62,828 nucleotides of DNA from an uncultured Clostridia bacterium (lineage in GTDB: Bacteria > Bacillota > Clostridia > TANB77 > CAG-508). A program made the position numbers and the translations under genes. Below the pieces are notes generated by a model. The model saw only the letters and a program-made list of their open reading frames with translations, did no database searches and had not been told where the DNA came from. The DNA lies in contig CANRLO010000002.1 of NCBI GenBank assembly GCA_947631495.1, positions 1-62,828 on the forward strand, in the 5' to 3' direction. This document shows, one piece after another, positions 18,972-30,956 of this stretch (its first letter is position 1; each line of letters starts with the position of its first letter).

Positions 18972-19675
18972 ATAGATTATTAAATAAAATAATAAGTAAA
19001 ATAAAAAAAGAAGATTACGAAATAGATAAAAATATAACTTTTTTAGTAATTGTTAGTATAATTTACGAAAAAATATGGATGTTACTAAGAGGTTTTAAAT
19101 ACAAGCTTTTCTTAAAAAAATCAAAAGGTTTGCTATTTATAGGTAAGAGAGTAAAAATGAAAAATTGCAAAAAAATAAATTTTTTAGGTAGCGCAACCAT
19201 TGAAGATGGATGTGCAATAAATGCGCTATCTAAGAATGGCATTACAATTGGTAACAATTTTTCTTTAGGAAGAAATAGCATAATAGAATGTACAGGTGTT
19301 ATTAGAGAACTAGGAGAAGAATTAGTTATTGGAGAAAATGTAGGAATTGCAGCAAATGCATTTATTGCAATGAGAGGAAAAGTAGAAATAGGGGATAATA
19401 CTATTTTTGGACCAGGAGTGAGCATTCATGCAGAAAATCACAATTTTGATAATTTAGAAAAACCAATTAAACTACAAGGGGCAACAAGAAAAGGAATAAA
19501 AATAGGTCAAGATTGTTGGATAGGAAGTAAAGTTATTATACTAGATGGTGTTCACATAGGTAATCATACTATCATTGCCGCTGGAGCAGTAGTAAACAAA
19601 GATATACCTGATTATGCTATTGCAGGAGGGATACCTGCAAAGATAATAAAAATGCGAAAGGAAAATGAAAAATGA
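18968..19675 (+). CDS. hexapeptide-repeat (LbH) acetyltransferase
   Basis: Repeated [LIV]G hexapeptides: [45 protein letters not shown]. Confidence 0.75.
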   Translation: MNRLLNKIISKIKKEDYEIDKNITFLVIVSIIYEKIWMLLRGFKYKLFLKKSKGLLFIGKRVKMKNCKKINFLGSATIEDGCAINALSKNGITIGNNFSLGRNSIIECTGVIRELGEELVIGENVGIAANAFIAMRGKVEIGDNTIFGPGVSIHAENHNFDNLEKPIKLQGATRKGIKIGQDCWIGSKVIILDGVHIGNHTIIAAGAVVNKDIPDYAIAGGIPAKIIKMRKENEK

Positions 19676-20847
19676 AAAATAAGAAATTAAATGGTACGAT
19701 TATAGTAACATATAGATGTAATGCAAGATGTACTATGTGCAATCGATATAAATGTCCTTCAAAACCAGAAGAAGAACTAAGTATTGAAACAATTAAAAAA
19801 TTGCCAAAGATGTATTTTACAAATATAACAGGTGGGGAGCCATTTATAAGAGAAGATTTATCAGACATTGTAAGAGAATTATATAAAAAGTCAGATAGAA
19901 TTGTCATTTCCACAAATGGTTTCTTTACAGACAGAATTATAAAATTATGTGAAGAGTTTCCAAATGTAGGAATAAGAATTTCAATTGAAGGATTAGAAGA
20001 AACCAATAATAAAATTAGAGGATTAGAAGACGGATTTAATAAAGGTTATTCTACTTTAAAAAAATTGGTAGAAATGAAACATCCAGATGTTGGTTTTGGA
20101 ATGACAGTACAAGATGCAAACGCAAAAGATTTAGTAGCGCTATATAATTTGTCAAATGAACTAAATATGGAATTTGCAACAGCATCATTACATAATAGTT
20201 TTTATTTTGTAGAAGCAAAAAATATTATAAAAGATAGAATGATGGTAGGAAAAGAGTTTGAAAATTTAATAAATGAATTATTAAAATCAAATTCACCAAA
20301 AAAATGGTTTAGAGCATACTTTAATCATGGCTTAATTAACTACATTTTTGGGCAAAAGAGATTATTACCTTGTGATATGGCATTTGATACTTTCTTTATT
20401 GATCCATATGGTGATGTAATGCCATGTAATGGAACAAAAGATAAAGAAGTGATGGGAAATTTAAATGAACAATCTTGGGAAGAACTATGGAATTCAGAAC
20501 AAGCAGATAAAGTTAGAAATAAAGTAAGACATTGTGACAGACAATGTTGGATGATAGGTTCTGTAAGCCCTGCTATGCATAAATATATATGGAAACCAAC
20601 ATTATGGGTAGTAAAACATAAATTTTTAAAATTCTATAAGAAACAAAAATATTCTATGTTTGAAAATAAGATAGTAAGAGATTATAGAGATGGAAAAGTA
20701 AGCAAAGAAGAATTAGATAAATGTTCTACTTGTGATATGAATTGTATTATTAATAATGGATTATCAGAAGCATCAAAAGAACAATTAAAAAATAAAACAG
20801 GTGAAGAAATAGTAAATGAAGATATTGCAAAGCAATTTCAAAAATAG
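19672..20847 (+). CDS. radical SAM protein with Cys-rich C-terminal (SPASM-like) region
   Basis: CNARCTMC (CxxxCxxC) near the N-terminus, GGEPF; C-terminal C..C clusters (PCDMAF...MPCNG...HCDRQC). Confidence 0.75.
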   Translation: MKNKKLNGTIIVTYRCNARCTMCNRYKCPSKPEEELSIETIKKLPKMYFTNITGGEPFIREDLSDIVRELYKKSDRIVISTNGFFTDRIIKLCEEFPNVGIRISIEGLEETNNKIRGLEDGFNKGYSTLKKLVEMKHPDVGFGMTVQDANAKDLVALYNLSNELNMEFATASLHNSFYFVEAKNIIKDRMMVGKEFENLINELLKSNSPKKWFRAYFNHGLINYIFGQKRLLPCDMAFDTFFIDPYGDVMPCNGTKDKEVMGNLNEQSWEELWNSEQADKVRNKVRHCDRQCWMIGSVSPAMHKYIWKPTLWVVKHKFLKFYKKQKYSMFENKIVRDYRDGKVSKEELDKCSTCDMNCIINNGLSEASKEQLKNKTGEEIVNEDIAKQFQK

Positions 20848-20865
20848 ATAAAGAAGGAAGTAAAT

Positions 20866-21819
20866 ATGATAAAAAACTCTGAAAACCTTGCGACTGTACA
20901 CACAGATAATTTAAACAACAAAAGAATTGAATGGATAGATATTGCAAGAGGAATTTGTATGTTGTGTGTTATGATTAGCCATACAGGTTTGTGTCCTGTA
21001 TTATATAGAATGATATTTGGTCCATTCTTTCTTTCAATGTTTTTCTTTATATCTGGGTATTTATTTAATCCCAATAAAAATATAAAAGAATATATTAAAA
21101 GAAAGACAAAAACTTTATTAGTACCTTTTATAGTATTTGGGTTAATTAATATATTTTTAAGACAGATATTAACATTTAATGAAAAAGTAGGCTTAATAGA
21201 ACAATTAAAAGATTTTATATTACAAATAGGCAATAGTGCAGGATTATGGTTTATTGCATGTTTATATATTGCAAGTTTAGTATTTTACTTACTTAATTAT
21301 TATATAAAGAATAATAAAGTGTATATAGAGGTTATAACTATTTTAGCAATAATATTTGCTATATATAACAAAATAATAGGAATTGAATTACCTTGGCATA
21401 TTCAAAAATTAGGTTGGGCTATATTCTTTATGGGGTTAGGAAAAATATATAAAGAAACATTAGAAATAAAACTAAAAAAATATGAAAATAGTATAAATCT
21501 TTTATATGGAATATTATTATATATTGCTTTACTAATATTTAATTGGTTATTTTTTAAAAATACTTATACATCTATTAATACATATGATGCTAGTATAGTA
21601 ATGCAATTCTTATTAAGTATAGTATCAATATGGGACTTAAGTCTTATTGTAAAATTATTTATAAAAAGTAAATTTATAAAATTTATAGGGCAAAATACAT
21701 TAATATATTTTGCTTTTCATGGAAAAGTTCAAAGTTTATTAATGAAGGTATTAAATTATTTTATAACAATAAATTCTGGAGAATTTTTTTATAATAAGTA
21801 TTATTATAACATTTGCTGA
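20866..21819 (+). CDS. acyltransferase-3 family membrane O-acyltransferase, 3' end out of frame at a T7 tract
   Basis: IEWIDIARGICMLCVMISHTG start motif, polytopic. The last TM helix and the KYFPWMLGRK tail are readable only in the +1 frame after T7 (21784-21790). Confidence 0.7.
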   Translation: MIKNSENLATVHTDNLNNKRIEWIDIARGICMLCVMISHTGLCPVLYRMIFGPFFLSMFFFISGYLFNPNKNIKEYIKRKTKTLLVPFIVFGLINIFLRQILTFNEKVGLIEQLKDFILQIGNSAGLWFIACLYIASLVFYLLNYYIKNNKVYIEVITILAIIFAIYNKIIGIELPWHIQKLGWAIFFMGLGKIYKETLEIKLKKYENSINLLYGILLYIALLIFNWLFFKNTYTSINTYDASIVMQFLLSIVSIWDLSLIVKLFIKSKFIKFIGQNTLIYFAFHGKVQSLLMKVLNYFITINSGEFFYNKYYYNIC

Positions 21820-21887
21820 AGCATTAGTTTTAATATTACCAACAAGTATTATAAATAAATATTTTCCATGGATGTTAGGGAGAAAGT

Positions 21888-23009
21888 ATGAAAATTGCAA
21901 TGATAGGACATAAAAGAATTCCTTCGAGAGAAGGAGGAGTAGAAATTGTAGTAGAAGAATTATCTACTAGACTTGTACAAGAAGAACATCAAGTAGATGT
22001 GTATAATAGAATGGGAAAAAATGTACAAGATAAAAAAATAGACAAAAACAAAAAGAAACTAAAATATTATAATGGTGTAAAAATTATTACAATACCTACA
22101 ATAAATAAAAAAGGAATAGATGCATTAATATATAGCTTTTTAGCTAGTATACGTGCACTGTTTGGAAAATATGATGTTTTACATTATCATGCAGAAGGTT
22201 CTTGCGCTATGCTATGGATACCACATTTATTTAAGAAAAAGATTATTGTTACAATACATGGTTTAGATTGGCAAAGATCAAAATGGGGAGGATTTGCAAC
22301 AAGATATATTAAGTTTGGAGAAAAATTAGCGGCGAAGTATGCTGATGAAATAATAGTACTTTCAAAAGGAGTACAAAAATATTTCAAAGATACTTATAAT
22401 AGAGATACTAATTTTATTCCAAATGGAGTAAATAAACCTATTATAAGGGAACCAAAAATTATAAAGGAAAAATACAATTTAAATAAAGATGATTATATTT
22501 TATTTTTAGCAAGAATTGTACCTGAAAAGGGATTACATTATTTACTAGATGCATTTAAACAAATAGATACAAATAAAAAATTAGTTATAGCAGGCGGAGC
22601 AAGCCATACTAATGACTATTTAGAAGAAATAAAGAAAAAAGCAAGTGAAGATAGTAGAGTTATTATGACAGGATTTGTGCAAGGACAAGAACTTGAAGAA
22701 TTGTATAGCAATTGTTATTTGTATTGTTTACCTAGTGATGTTGAGGGAATGCCAATTTCATTATTAGAAGCAATGAGTTATGGATGTAATTGTTTAGTTA
22801 GCAATATAGAAGAAAACATTCAAATAACAGATAATTTTGCAAATAGTTTTGAAAAGGGGAATATTCAAGATTTAAAAGAAAAATTAGAAAAATGTTTAAA
22901 TCAAAGATTTATGTTTAATAAAGAAATCTCAGATTATATAATACAAAAATACAGTTGGGAAAATGTTGTTAATAAAACAAAACTATTATATGAAAAAATG
23001 CAAAGATAA
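21888..23009 (+). CDS. GT4-family glycosyltransferase (DUF1972-type N-terminus)
   Basis: MKIAMIGHKRIPSREGGVEIVVEEL N-terminus and EGMPISLLEAMSYG C-terminal motif. Confidence 0.78.
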   Translation: MKIAMIGHKRIPSREGGVEIVVEELSTRLVQEEHQVDVYNRMGKNVQDKKIDKNKKKLKYYNGVKIITIPTINKKGIDALIYSFLASIRALFGKYDVLHYHAEGSCAMLWIPHLFKKKIIVTIHGLDWQRSKWGGFATRYIKFGEKLAAKYADEIIVLSKGVQKYFKDTYNRDTNFIPNGVNKPIIREPKIIKEKYNLNKDDYILFLARIVPEKGLHYLLDAFKQIDTNKKLVIAGGASHTNDYLEEIKKKASEDSRVIMTGFVQGQELEELYSNCYLYCLPSDVEGMPISLLEAMSYGCNCLVSNIEENIQITDNFANSFEKGNIQDLKEKLEKCLNQRFMFNKEISDYIIQKYSWENVVNKTKLLYEKMQR

Positions 23010-23022
23010 AGGGGATAAAAAG

Positions 23023-24153
23023 GTGAAAATACTAATAGTCAGACTATTTCCAAATGAAATAAATATTAATAATTATAATGTACAAGAAATAGGATTAGCA
23101 AAAGCATTAGTAAAAAAAGGACATCAATGCGATATAGTATTATATACAAAAGGAAAAGAGAGACAAGAAACAATAGAAGTTAAAGATAAAAAGTCTATAA
23201 CTATTTTTTGGATGAGAGGTATTAATTTTCTAAAAAATGGATTATATTCAAATAAAATTATATATCTTTCTAAAAATTATGATATTGTGCAAAGTAGTGA
23301 GTATGATCAACTTTATAATATAAAACTTAGACGAAAAATAAATAAAAAACTTATAATATACCATGGTCCATATTATGATAAATTTAATAAAGAATATAAT
23401 TTAAAATGTAATATATTTGATATGCTCTTTTTAAGTAATGAATATAAAAATGTAAAATTTATTACTAAAAGTGAACTAGCAACAAACTTCTTGAAAGAAA
23501 AAGGTTTTAAAGATGTAACTACAATAGGAGTAGGATTAGATAAAGATAAATTTATAAATAATGTTCCTAATAAGGACATAATAAATAAATTGAAAGATAA
23601 TAAAAAATATCTTTTATATATTGGCAAGATAGAAGAAAGAAGAAACACATTATTCTTAATAAAACTTTTAAAGAATATTAGTATGAAGAATGAAGATGTT
23701 AAATTAGTATTGATAGGAAATGGAACCAAAAAGTATGTGCAAAAAGTATTTAATTATGCTAAAGAATTAAATGTATATGATAAAATAATATATTTTAATA
23801 AAATTGTACAAAATGAAATAAGTACATTATATAAAAAATGTGATATTTTTGTTTTACCAACGGAATATGAAATATTTGGGATGGTAATGTTAGAAGCAAT
23901 GTATTTTGGACTTCCTGTAATTACAACTCTAAATGGAGGATCTAGTACAGTAATAGAAGATGGTAAAGATGGTTATATTTGCAATAATAGTGATGTAAAA
24001 GAGTGGACAAATAAAATTGAATATCTATTTAACAATAAAGAAAAATATAATAGTATAAGTAAGAAAGCAACTCAAAAAATTGTAAATCATTATATATGGG
24101 ATAGTATAGCTAATAAATTTATAAAAATATATCAAAAGTTGCTAAAAGAATAA
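23023..24153 (+). CDS. GT4-family glycosyltransferase
   Basis: E.FGMVMLEAMYFGLPVITTLNGGSSTVIEDGKDG motif. Start uncertain (GTG 23023 after GGGG; ATG 22990 also in frame). Confidence 0.75.
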   Translation: MKILIVRLFPNEININNYNVQEIGLAKALVKKGHQCDIVLYTKGKERQETIEVKDKKSITIFWMRGINFLKNGLYSNKIIYLSKNYDIVQSSEYDQLYNIKLRRKINKKLIIYHGPYYDKFNKEYNLKCNIFDMLFLSNEYKNVKFITKSELATNFLKEKGFKDVTTIGVGLDKDKFINNVPNKDIINKLKDNKKYLLYIGKIEERRNTLFLIKLLKNISMKNEDVKLVLIGNGTKKYVQKVFNYAKELNVYDKIIYFNKIVQNEISTLYKKCDIFVLPTEYEIFGMVMLEAMYFGLPVITTLNGGSSTVIEDGKDGYICNNSDVKEWTNKIEYLFNNKEKYNSISKKATQKIVNHYIWDSIANKFIKIYQKLLKE

Positions 24154-24177
24154 CATAAGATGTAGGAGTAAAAATAA

Positions 24178-25407
24178 ATGGAAGTAATAAAGCGTGTTCT
24201 AACAAAAATTCAATTATTTAATATATATTGTTTATTAATATTTTGTATTTTTAATGGGGTTATATATTGGAGTAAATTCAATTTAAATTATTTAGATGAA
24301 TTTATAATAATACTTATATTAGTAATCAATATACTTATCAATGATAAGATAGTAATTAATAAGAAAAAAATAATATTATTGATATCTTATTTTTTAATAT
24401 CTATAATTACTTTAATAATAAGAGCATATGACGTAGAAGCTTATGTAATAGATTTGATATACACAATAAAACCTTTTATATTAATTGAAGTAATATCGAG
24501 CCTAAAATTAAATACAAAACAATTTGATAGATGTATGAATTTTTTTATAATATTAAATACTTTTTCAATTTTTTATGGATTTTATAATTCATATTTGTCA
24601 CATCAAGGAATATATATAACAAATGGTTTATATAGAGATTGGGTATATAGAATAGAGGGCTTTAGTGGACATCCAGCCAATATGGCATCTTTATGTTTGT
24701 TTACAATTGTATATATAGTAAATAAAATGCAAATAATAAAAAATCAAAACACAAAAAGTATTATGAAAGTTATCCAAATAGGACTTGTATTATTAAATAT
24801 AGTAGCTATATATTATACGCTAGCAAGAGTACAATTATTTGCGTTAATATTATATTTCTTATTTTTAATATATAATAAAATAAAGAGATATAATAAAAAA
24901 GTTTTATTTATAATCTTGATAGTCACTATTACTATAATAGCAATAATCATAAGCATGAATATTGAAAAAATACTATATGAATATGAAGGAGATTTTGAAA
25001 ATGCAATTAGATTTTATGCAATTAGTAAAATACCAGAGGTATTAAATAAATATCCAATACTAGGAACATCATTAGGAAGTTTTAGTACAGAGGAATCAAT
25101 AAAAAATAATAGTTATGTATATACAGAATTTCAATTTGCAACATATATATTAAATACAGCAAAAGAAGTATCTACTTCACTCTTTGAGAGCAATTTTGCA
25201 AAACAGATGATACAAACAGGGTTATTAGGTACACTTTTATATTATTCATATTTTTATATATTATATAAAGAAAATAAAAATAATTTTCATGCAAAATATT
25301 GGATATTATTTGTAGTTGCTAATAGTATATTAAATTTGATTTATTCAGTACAAATATTAGTTCCGTTAGCTTTAATTATAAGTAATTTTAAGGAGGAAAA
25401 TGAATGA
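24178..25407 (+). CDS. wzy: O-antigen/capsule repeat-unit polymerase-like membrane protein (Wzy type)
   Basis: ~10 TM helices, a large loop with GFSGHPANMAS, and locus context. Confidence 0.6.
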   Translation: MEVIKRVLTKIQLFNIYCLLIFCIFNGVIYWSKFNLNYLDEFIIILILVINILINDKIVINKKKIILLISYFLISIITLIIRAYDVEAYVIDLIYTIKPFILIEVISSLKLNTKQFDRCMNFFIILNTFSIFYGFYNSYLSHQGIYITNGLYRDWVYRIEGFSGHPANMASLCLFTIVYIVNKMQIIKNQNTKSIMKVIQIGLVLLNIVAIYYTLARVQLFALILYFLFLIYNKIKRYNKKVLFIILIVTITIIAIIISMNIEKILYEYEGDFENAIRFYAISKIPEVLNKYPILGTSLGSFSTEESIKNNSYVYTEFQFATYILNTAKEVSTSLFESNFAKQMIQTGLLGTLLYYSYFYILYKENKNNFHAKYWILFVVANSILNLIYSVQILVPLALIISNFKEENE

Positions 25408-26309
25408 AAATATCTTTTTTGATATTACATTATAAAAATATTACAGAAACAATAGAATGTATAGAATCAATTAAAGAAAATGTAAAATATGAAGATTATA
25501 GTATAGTTATTGTAGATAATGGTTCTAATAATGGAACAGGAGAAGAATTATTACAGAAATACAAATTAAATAAAAAAATTACTATTATAATAAGTAAAGA
25601 AAATTTAGGATTTGCAAATGGAAACAATTTGGGATTTAAATATATTAAAGAAAATTTGAATACAGATTTTATAGTTATGATTAATAGTGATACAATAATT
25701 GAACAACATGATTTTTGTGAAAAAATAGTAGAAAATCATGAAAAATATAAATTTGATGTTTGTGGTATAGATATATTACTGCCAAATGGAGAACATAGTA
25801 ATCCCACAATACCAAGTAATTCAAGTCTAAATGATATAAAAAGGACAATAAAAATTGTAGAAAAAGAGAAAAAAATATATATACATAATTTAGGAACTTT
25901 TTATAGACTAATAAACCGATTTATTAGTAAGATAAAAAAGAATAAAAGAGAGATTAATTATAATAGGAAGATTTTAGATTGTATAAAAGAAAATGTACAA
26001 TTACATGGAGCAGCGCTTATTTTTTCTAAATCATATATAAATAGGTATGATGGATTATATAAAGGTACATTTTTATATTTTGAGGAAGTGGCATTAAGGT
26101 ATATAGCAGAAAGAGATAATCTAAAACTAATATATACACCAAATATAAAGATAATTCATAAAGTTTCACAAACAACGAAAAATATAAATAAGAATTGGAA
26201 AAAACGACATATTTTTTATTGTGATAATGTATTGAATTCTGCAACAAATCTTGCTAATTATATAGAAACAGATAAATCAAATGTATGGAAGAAAGAAAAA
26301 GATGAGTAA
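25404..26309 (+). CDS. GT2-family glycosyltransferase
   Basis: ISFLILHYKN...IVIVDNGSNNGT...GFANGNNLG...INSDT motif order. Confidence 0.75.
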   Translation: MKISFLILHYKNITETIECIESIKENVKYEDYSIVIVDNGSNNGTGEELLQKYKLNKKITIIISKENLGFANGNNLGFKYIKENLNTDFIVMINSDTIIEQHDFCEKIVENHEKYKFDVCGIDILLPNGEHSNPTIPSNSSLNDIKRTIKIVEKEKKIYIHNLGTFYRLINRFISKIKKNKREINYNRKILDCIKENVQLHGAALIFSKSYINRYDGLYKGTFLYFEEVALRYIAERDNLKLIYTPNIKIIHKVSQTTKNINKNWKKRHIFYCDNVLNSATNLANYIETDKSNVWKKEKDE

Positions 26310-27777
26310 AAGTATAAAAAAGAATTATATATATAATTTAATATATCAAATATTTATTATGATTATTCCACTAATTACAACTCCATATTTATCTAGAGTA
26401 ATGGGAGCAGAGAAAATAGGAATATATAGTTACACGTATTCTATTGTTACATATTTTATATTATTTGGTAGTTTAGGTATATCAACATATGCTAAAAGAG
26501 AAATAGCATATGTACAAGATAATATTAAACAAAGGACTAAAATTTTTTGGGAAATATTTACATTAAAGACAATAACTATACTAATATCAATGGTAATATA
26601 TTTTTTTGTTTTTGCATTTAATAATGAATACTCTATATATTATATAATATTATTACTTGAAATTTTTGCTAATATTTTTGATATAAGTTGGTTTTTTCAA
26701 GGATTAGAAGATTTTAAAAAGGTAGTATTGAGAAATTCTATAGTAAAAATATTACTAACTATTTTAATCTTTATAGTAGTGAAAAATAATTCTGATTTAT
26801 GGAAATACTTTGTAATAGTAACTTTATCAACATTTTTAGGCAATATATCATTTTTTATAGGTATTAAAAAATATTTATGTAAATTAGAAGAAAAATTAGA
26901 AATAAAAAAACATATAAAGCCAGCTATAATGTTATTATTACCACAAATAGCAATACAAGTATATACAGTATTAGATAAAGTAATGCTTGGAAGTATGATA
27001 GAGAATAAAAGTGAAGTAGGATATTATGAACAAGCAAGTAAAATAGTAAGAATAGGATTAACAGTAGTAACAACTATAGGTGTAGTTGTTTCTACACGTA
27101 TAGCTAATATTTATTCAAAAGGGAATACTAAAGAAATTGAAAATAGGATTTATAAAAGTTTTAAATTTATATGGCTACTTGGTTTCCCAATTATGATAGG
27201 TTTTATTATATCAGCAAATAATTTTGTGCCTTGGTTTTATGGAGATGGATATGATAAAGTTAAAATGTTGATAAAACTCTTTAGCCCTATTGTTATTTTT
27301 GTTGGAATTTCTAATGTAATAGGATCTCAATATTTAGTTCCAACATCAAAGCAAAATAAATATACAATTGCAGTAATAGTAAGTGCTATAGTTAATGTAT
27401 TTCTAAACTTTTTATTAATTCCTAAATTTTTATCAATAGGTGCAACTATATCATCTGTAATTGCCGAGTTCTTTGGTATGCTTATACAAATTATATTTGT
27501 AAGAAAAGAATTAAATATTATAAAAATATTATATTCAACAAAAAAATATTTAATTTCTGCTTCAATTATGGGAATAGTAGTAGAAATTATATCTAGACAA
27601 TGGCAGTCTAGTATACTTAATACAATTATAATAGTTCTTATTAGTTGTTTTGTATATGGTGCTATGCTCATAATTATAAAAGAAGAATTTACAAGCACTT
27701 TTATAAAAAGTATCAAATATAAAATTATACAAATAGGAGGAAAATATGAAAGAAAAAATAAGAAAGATTTATTATAA
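26302..27777 (+). CDS. wzx: Wzx-type polysaccharide flippase (MOP superfamily), locus 1
   Basis: N-terminal NYIYNLIYQIF..IIPLITTPYLSRVMGAEKIGIYSY motif, ~14 TM helices. ATG 26302 overlaps the upstream stop. Confidence 0.8.
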   Translation: MSKSIKKNYIYNLIYQIFIMIIPLITTPYLSRVMGAEKIGIYSYTYSIVTYFILFGSLGISTYAKREIAYVQDNIKQRTKIFWEIFTLKTITILISMVIYFFVFAFNNEYSIYYIILLLEIFANIFDISWFFQGLEDFKKVVLRNSIVKILLTILIFIVVKNNSDLWKYFVIVTLSTFLGNISFFIGIKKYLCKLEEKLEIKKHIKPAIMLLLPQIAIQVYTVLDKVMLGSMIENKSEVGYYEQASKIVRIGLTVVTTIGVVVSTRIANIYSKGNTKEIENRIYKSFKFIWLLGFPIMIGFIISANNFVPWFYGDGYDKVKMLIKLFSPIVIFVGISNVIGSQYLVPTSKQNKYTIAVIVSAIVNVFLNFLLIPKFLSIGATISSVIAEFFGMLIQIIFVRKELNIIKILYSTKKYLISASIMGIVVEIISRQWQSSILNTIIIVLISCFVYGAMLIIIKEEFTSTFIKSIKYKIIQIGGKYERKNKKDLL

Positions 27778-28603
27778 AATTCTTTGGATGTTACCAAAAA
27801 AAATAGCAATAAAAATAAAGTATAGAGTTGCAACTGGTAAAAAATTAGATATGAAAAATCCTAAAGATTTTAATCAGAAAGTATTATATTTGTTAGCAAA
27901 TAAGTATGGAAATTTAGAAACAAAATGTGCTGATAAATATAAAGTTAGAGAATTTGTAAAAGAAAAGGGTTTAGAAGAATATTTACCAAAACTTTATGGT
28001 GTTTTTAATGATGCTAAAGAGATAAATTTTGACGAATTACCAGAAGAATATGTATTAAAAACTAATCATGGATCAGGATGTACTATTATTAAACAAAAGG
28101 AACAACAAATAGATAAAGATAGTACAATAAATAAGTTAAATGAATCTTTAAAAATTAATTATGCAAAAAAAGGATTAGAATATCAGTATAATAAAATAAA
28201 GCCTTTAATTATATGTGAAGAATATTTGAAAGAAGAAGGAAAAACAAATCCAACTGATTATAAATTCTATGGCTTTAATGGCAAAATAGAATGCATTTTA
28301 TTATGTAGTAATAGGGATAAAGATTTAAAATTAGATTATTATGATTTAGATTGGAACGTAATAGATAACTATTCAAAAAAGGAGTATCAAAGTAATATTA
28401 CATATGAAAAACCAAAAAATTTAAAAAGAATGATAGAAATCAGTTCAATTTTATCAAAAGATTTTCCATTTGTAAGAGTAGACTTATATAACATTAATGG
28501 AAAAATATATATAGGTGAAATGACCTTTACTCCTTCAGGTGGAATTCTTAAAACTAATACTCAAGAATTTTTAGATTACTTTGGAACATTAATTCATATC
28601 TAG
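27746..28603 (+). CDS. TupA-like ATP-grasp amidoligase family protein, locus 1
   Basis: YVLKTNHGSG, DYKFYGFNGK and RVDLYNINGKIYIGEMTFTP are characteristic of ATPgrasp_TupA proteins. Confidence 0.7.
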   Translation: MKEKIRKIYYKILWMLPKKIAIKIKYRVATGKKLDMKNPKDFNQKVLYLLANKYGNLETKCADKYKVREFVKEKGLEEYLPKLYGVFNDAKEINFDELPEEYVLKTNHGSGCTIIKQKEQQIDKDSTINKLNESLKINYAKKGLEYQYNKIKPLIICEEYLKEEGKTNPTDYKFYGFNGKIECILLCSNRDKDLKLDYYDLDWNVIDNYSKKEYQSNITYEKPKNLKRMIEISSILSKDFPFVRVDLYNINGKIYIGEMTFTPSGGILKTNTQEFLDYFGTLIHI

Positions 28604-28614
28604 GAGATAGTGAA

Positions 28615-29751
28615 ATGAAAAATAAAATTTTTTTCGCAGGAGATTTTTTAATATCACATGGAATTAATAATTATAAAATAATAGATGAAAAGTTACAAAA
28701 AAAGATAGATGAATGTGATATAGTATGTTGTAATTTTGAAGGACCTATCGTAGTAGATACACAAGCAAAAAAGAAAAAAATAGGACCAAATATAAATAAT
28801 AATAAAGAAAATGCAGAAAAACTAATTAAAAGTAATTTTAATTTGTTTTGTTTAGCTAATAATCATATATTTGATTATGGGATAGAAGGCATAACAAATA
28901 CAATAAATTTTTTTAAAGAAAGAAATGTAAAATATATAGGAGCAAATATAGATACAGAAGAAATATATCAAGAATTTATAAAAAAAATTAATGGTATAAA
29001 AGTAGGAATCATAAATGTTGCAGAAAATGGTTTTGGAGCTGCTATAGAAAATGAAGAATATGGTTATGCTTATATGTTCAATAAAAGAGCAATAAATAAA
29101 ATTAAAGAAGTTAGACAACAAGTAGATAAATTAATACTTGTTGTACATGCAGGTGCAGAACACTGGGATATACCACTTCAAGAAATTAGAGATTCCTATA
29201 AAATGTTTATAGATATGGGAGTAGATATAATCATAGGACATCACCCACATGTGCCACAAGGAATTGAACAATACAAAAACGGTTTAATTGTATATAGTTT
29301 AGGAAATTTTGCATTTGATAGAGGACAAGGACCATTGAATAATCATACATATTCCATTATAATAACTTTATTAAATGATAACACTTTTGAATATGAATTA
29401 GTACCTATTACATTTGACAATAATGTTATAAGTATTGATACTTCATCTCAAAATGTTTTAGAAGGCAAATTTGAAAAATTATGTGCTATTTTAGAAAATA
29501 ATGAGCAATATAAAGAAGAAATGAATAGAAATTGTATAACATATTATGAATACTATAAAGGAACCTATAGCAGGATATTTTGTATCTATAAAGGAAGTAT
29601 AAAAGAAAGAATGAAAGGTTTTATAAAAAAATATATACTAAGACAAAAATTTCAAGATATCTGGTTATATCATAATATTAACATAGAAACACATTTATGG
29701 ATATGCAAAAGAGCAACAAGACTAATATTAAAGCAAAAAAATATATTGTAA
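28615..29751 (+). CDS. CapA-family (PGA_cap, metallophosphatase-like) protein
   Basis: FAGDFL...CNFEGPI...ANNHIFDYG...HAGAEH...GHHPHV motif series. Confidence 0.72.
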   Translation: MKNKIFFAGDFLISHGINNYKIIDEKLQKKIDECDIVCCNFEGPIVVDTQAKKKKIGPNINNNKENAEKLIKSNFNLFCLANNHIFDYGIEGITNTINFFKERNVKYIGANIDTEEIYQEFIKKINGIKVGIINVAENGFGAAIENEEYGYAYMFNKRAINKIKEVRQQVDKLILVVHAGAEHWDIPLQEIRDSYKMFIDMGVDIIIGHHPHVPQGIEQYKNGLIVYSLGNFAFDRGQGPLNNHTYSIIITLLNDNTFEYELVPITFDNNVISIDTSSQNVLEGKFEKLCAILENNEQYKEEMNRNCITYYEYYKGTYSRIFCIYKGSIKERMKGFIKKYILRQKFQDIWLYHNINIETHLWICKRATRLILKQKNIL

Positions 29752-29777
29752 TAAAAAGAATAAAAGGAGAAATAATA

Positions 29778-30941
<1,164 letters not shown>

Positions 30942-30956
30942 ATTAGGAGGAAACAC

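Noticed and set aside
27327-27833. A 168-aa minus-strand ORF lies inside the locus-1 wzx gene.
   Set aside because: It is antisense to a well-supported polytopic flippase gene. No RBS; AT-rich codon artefact.
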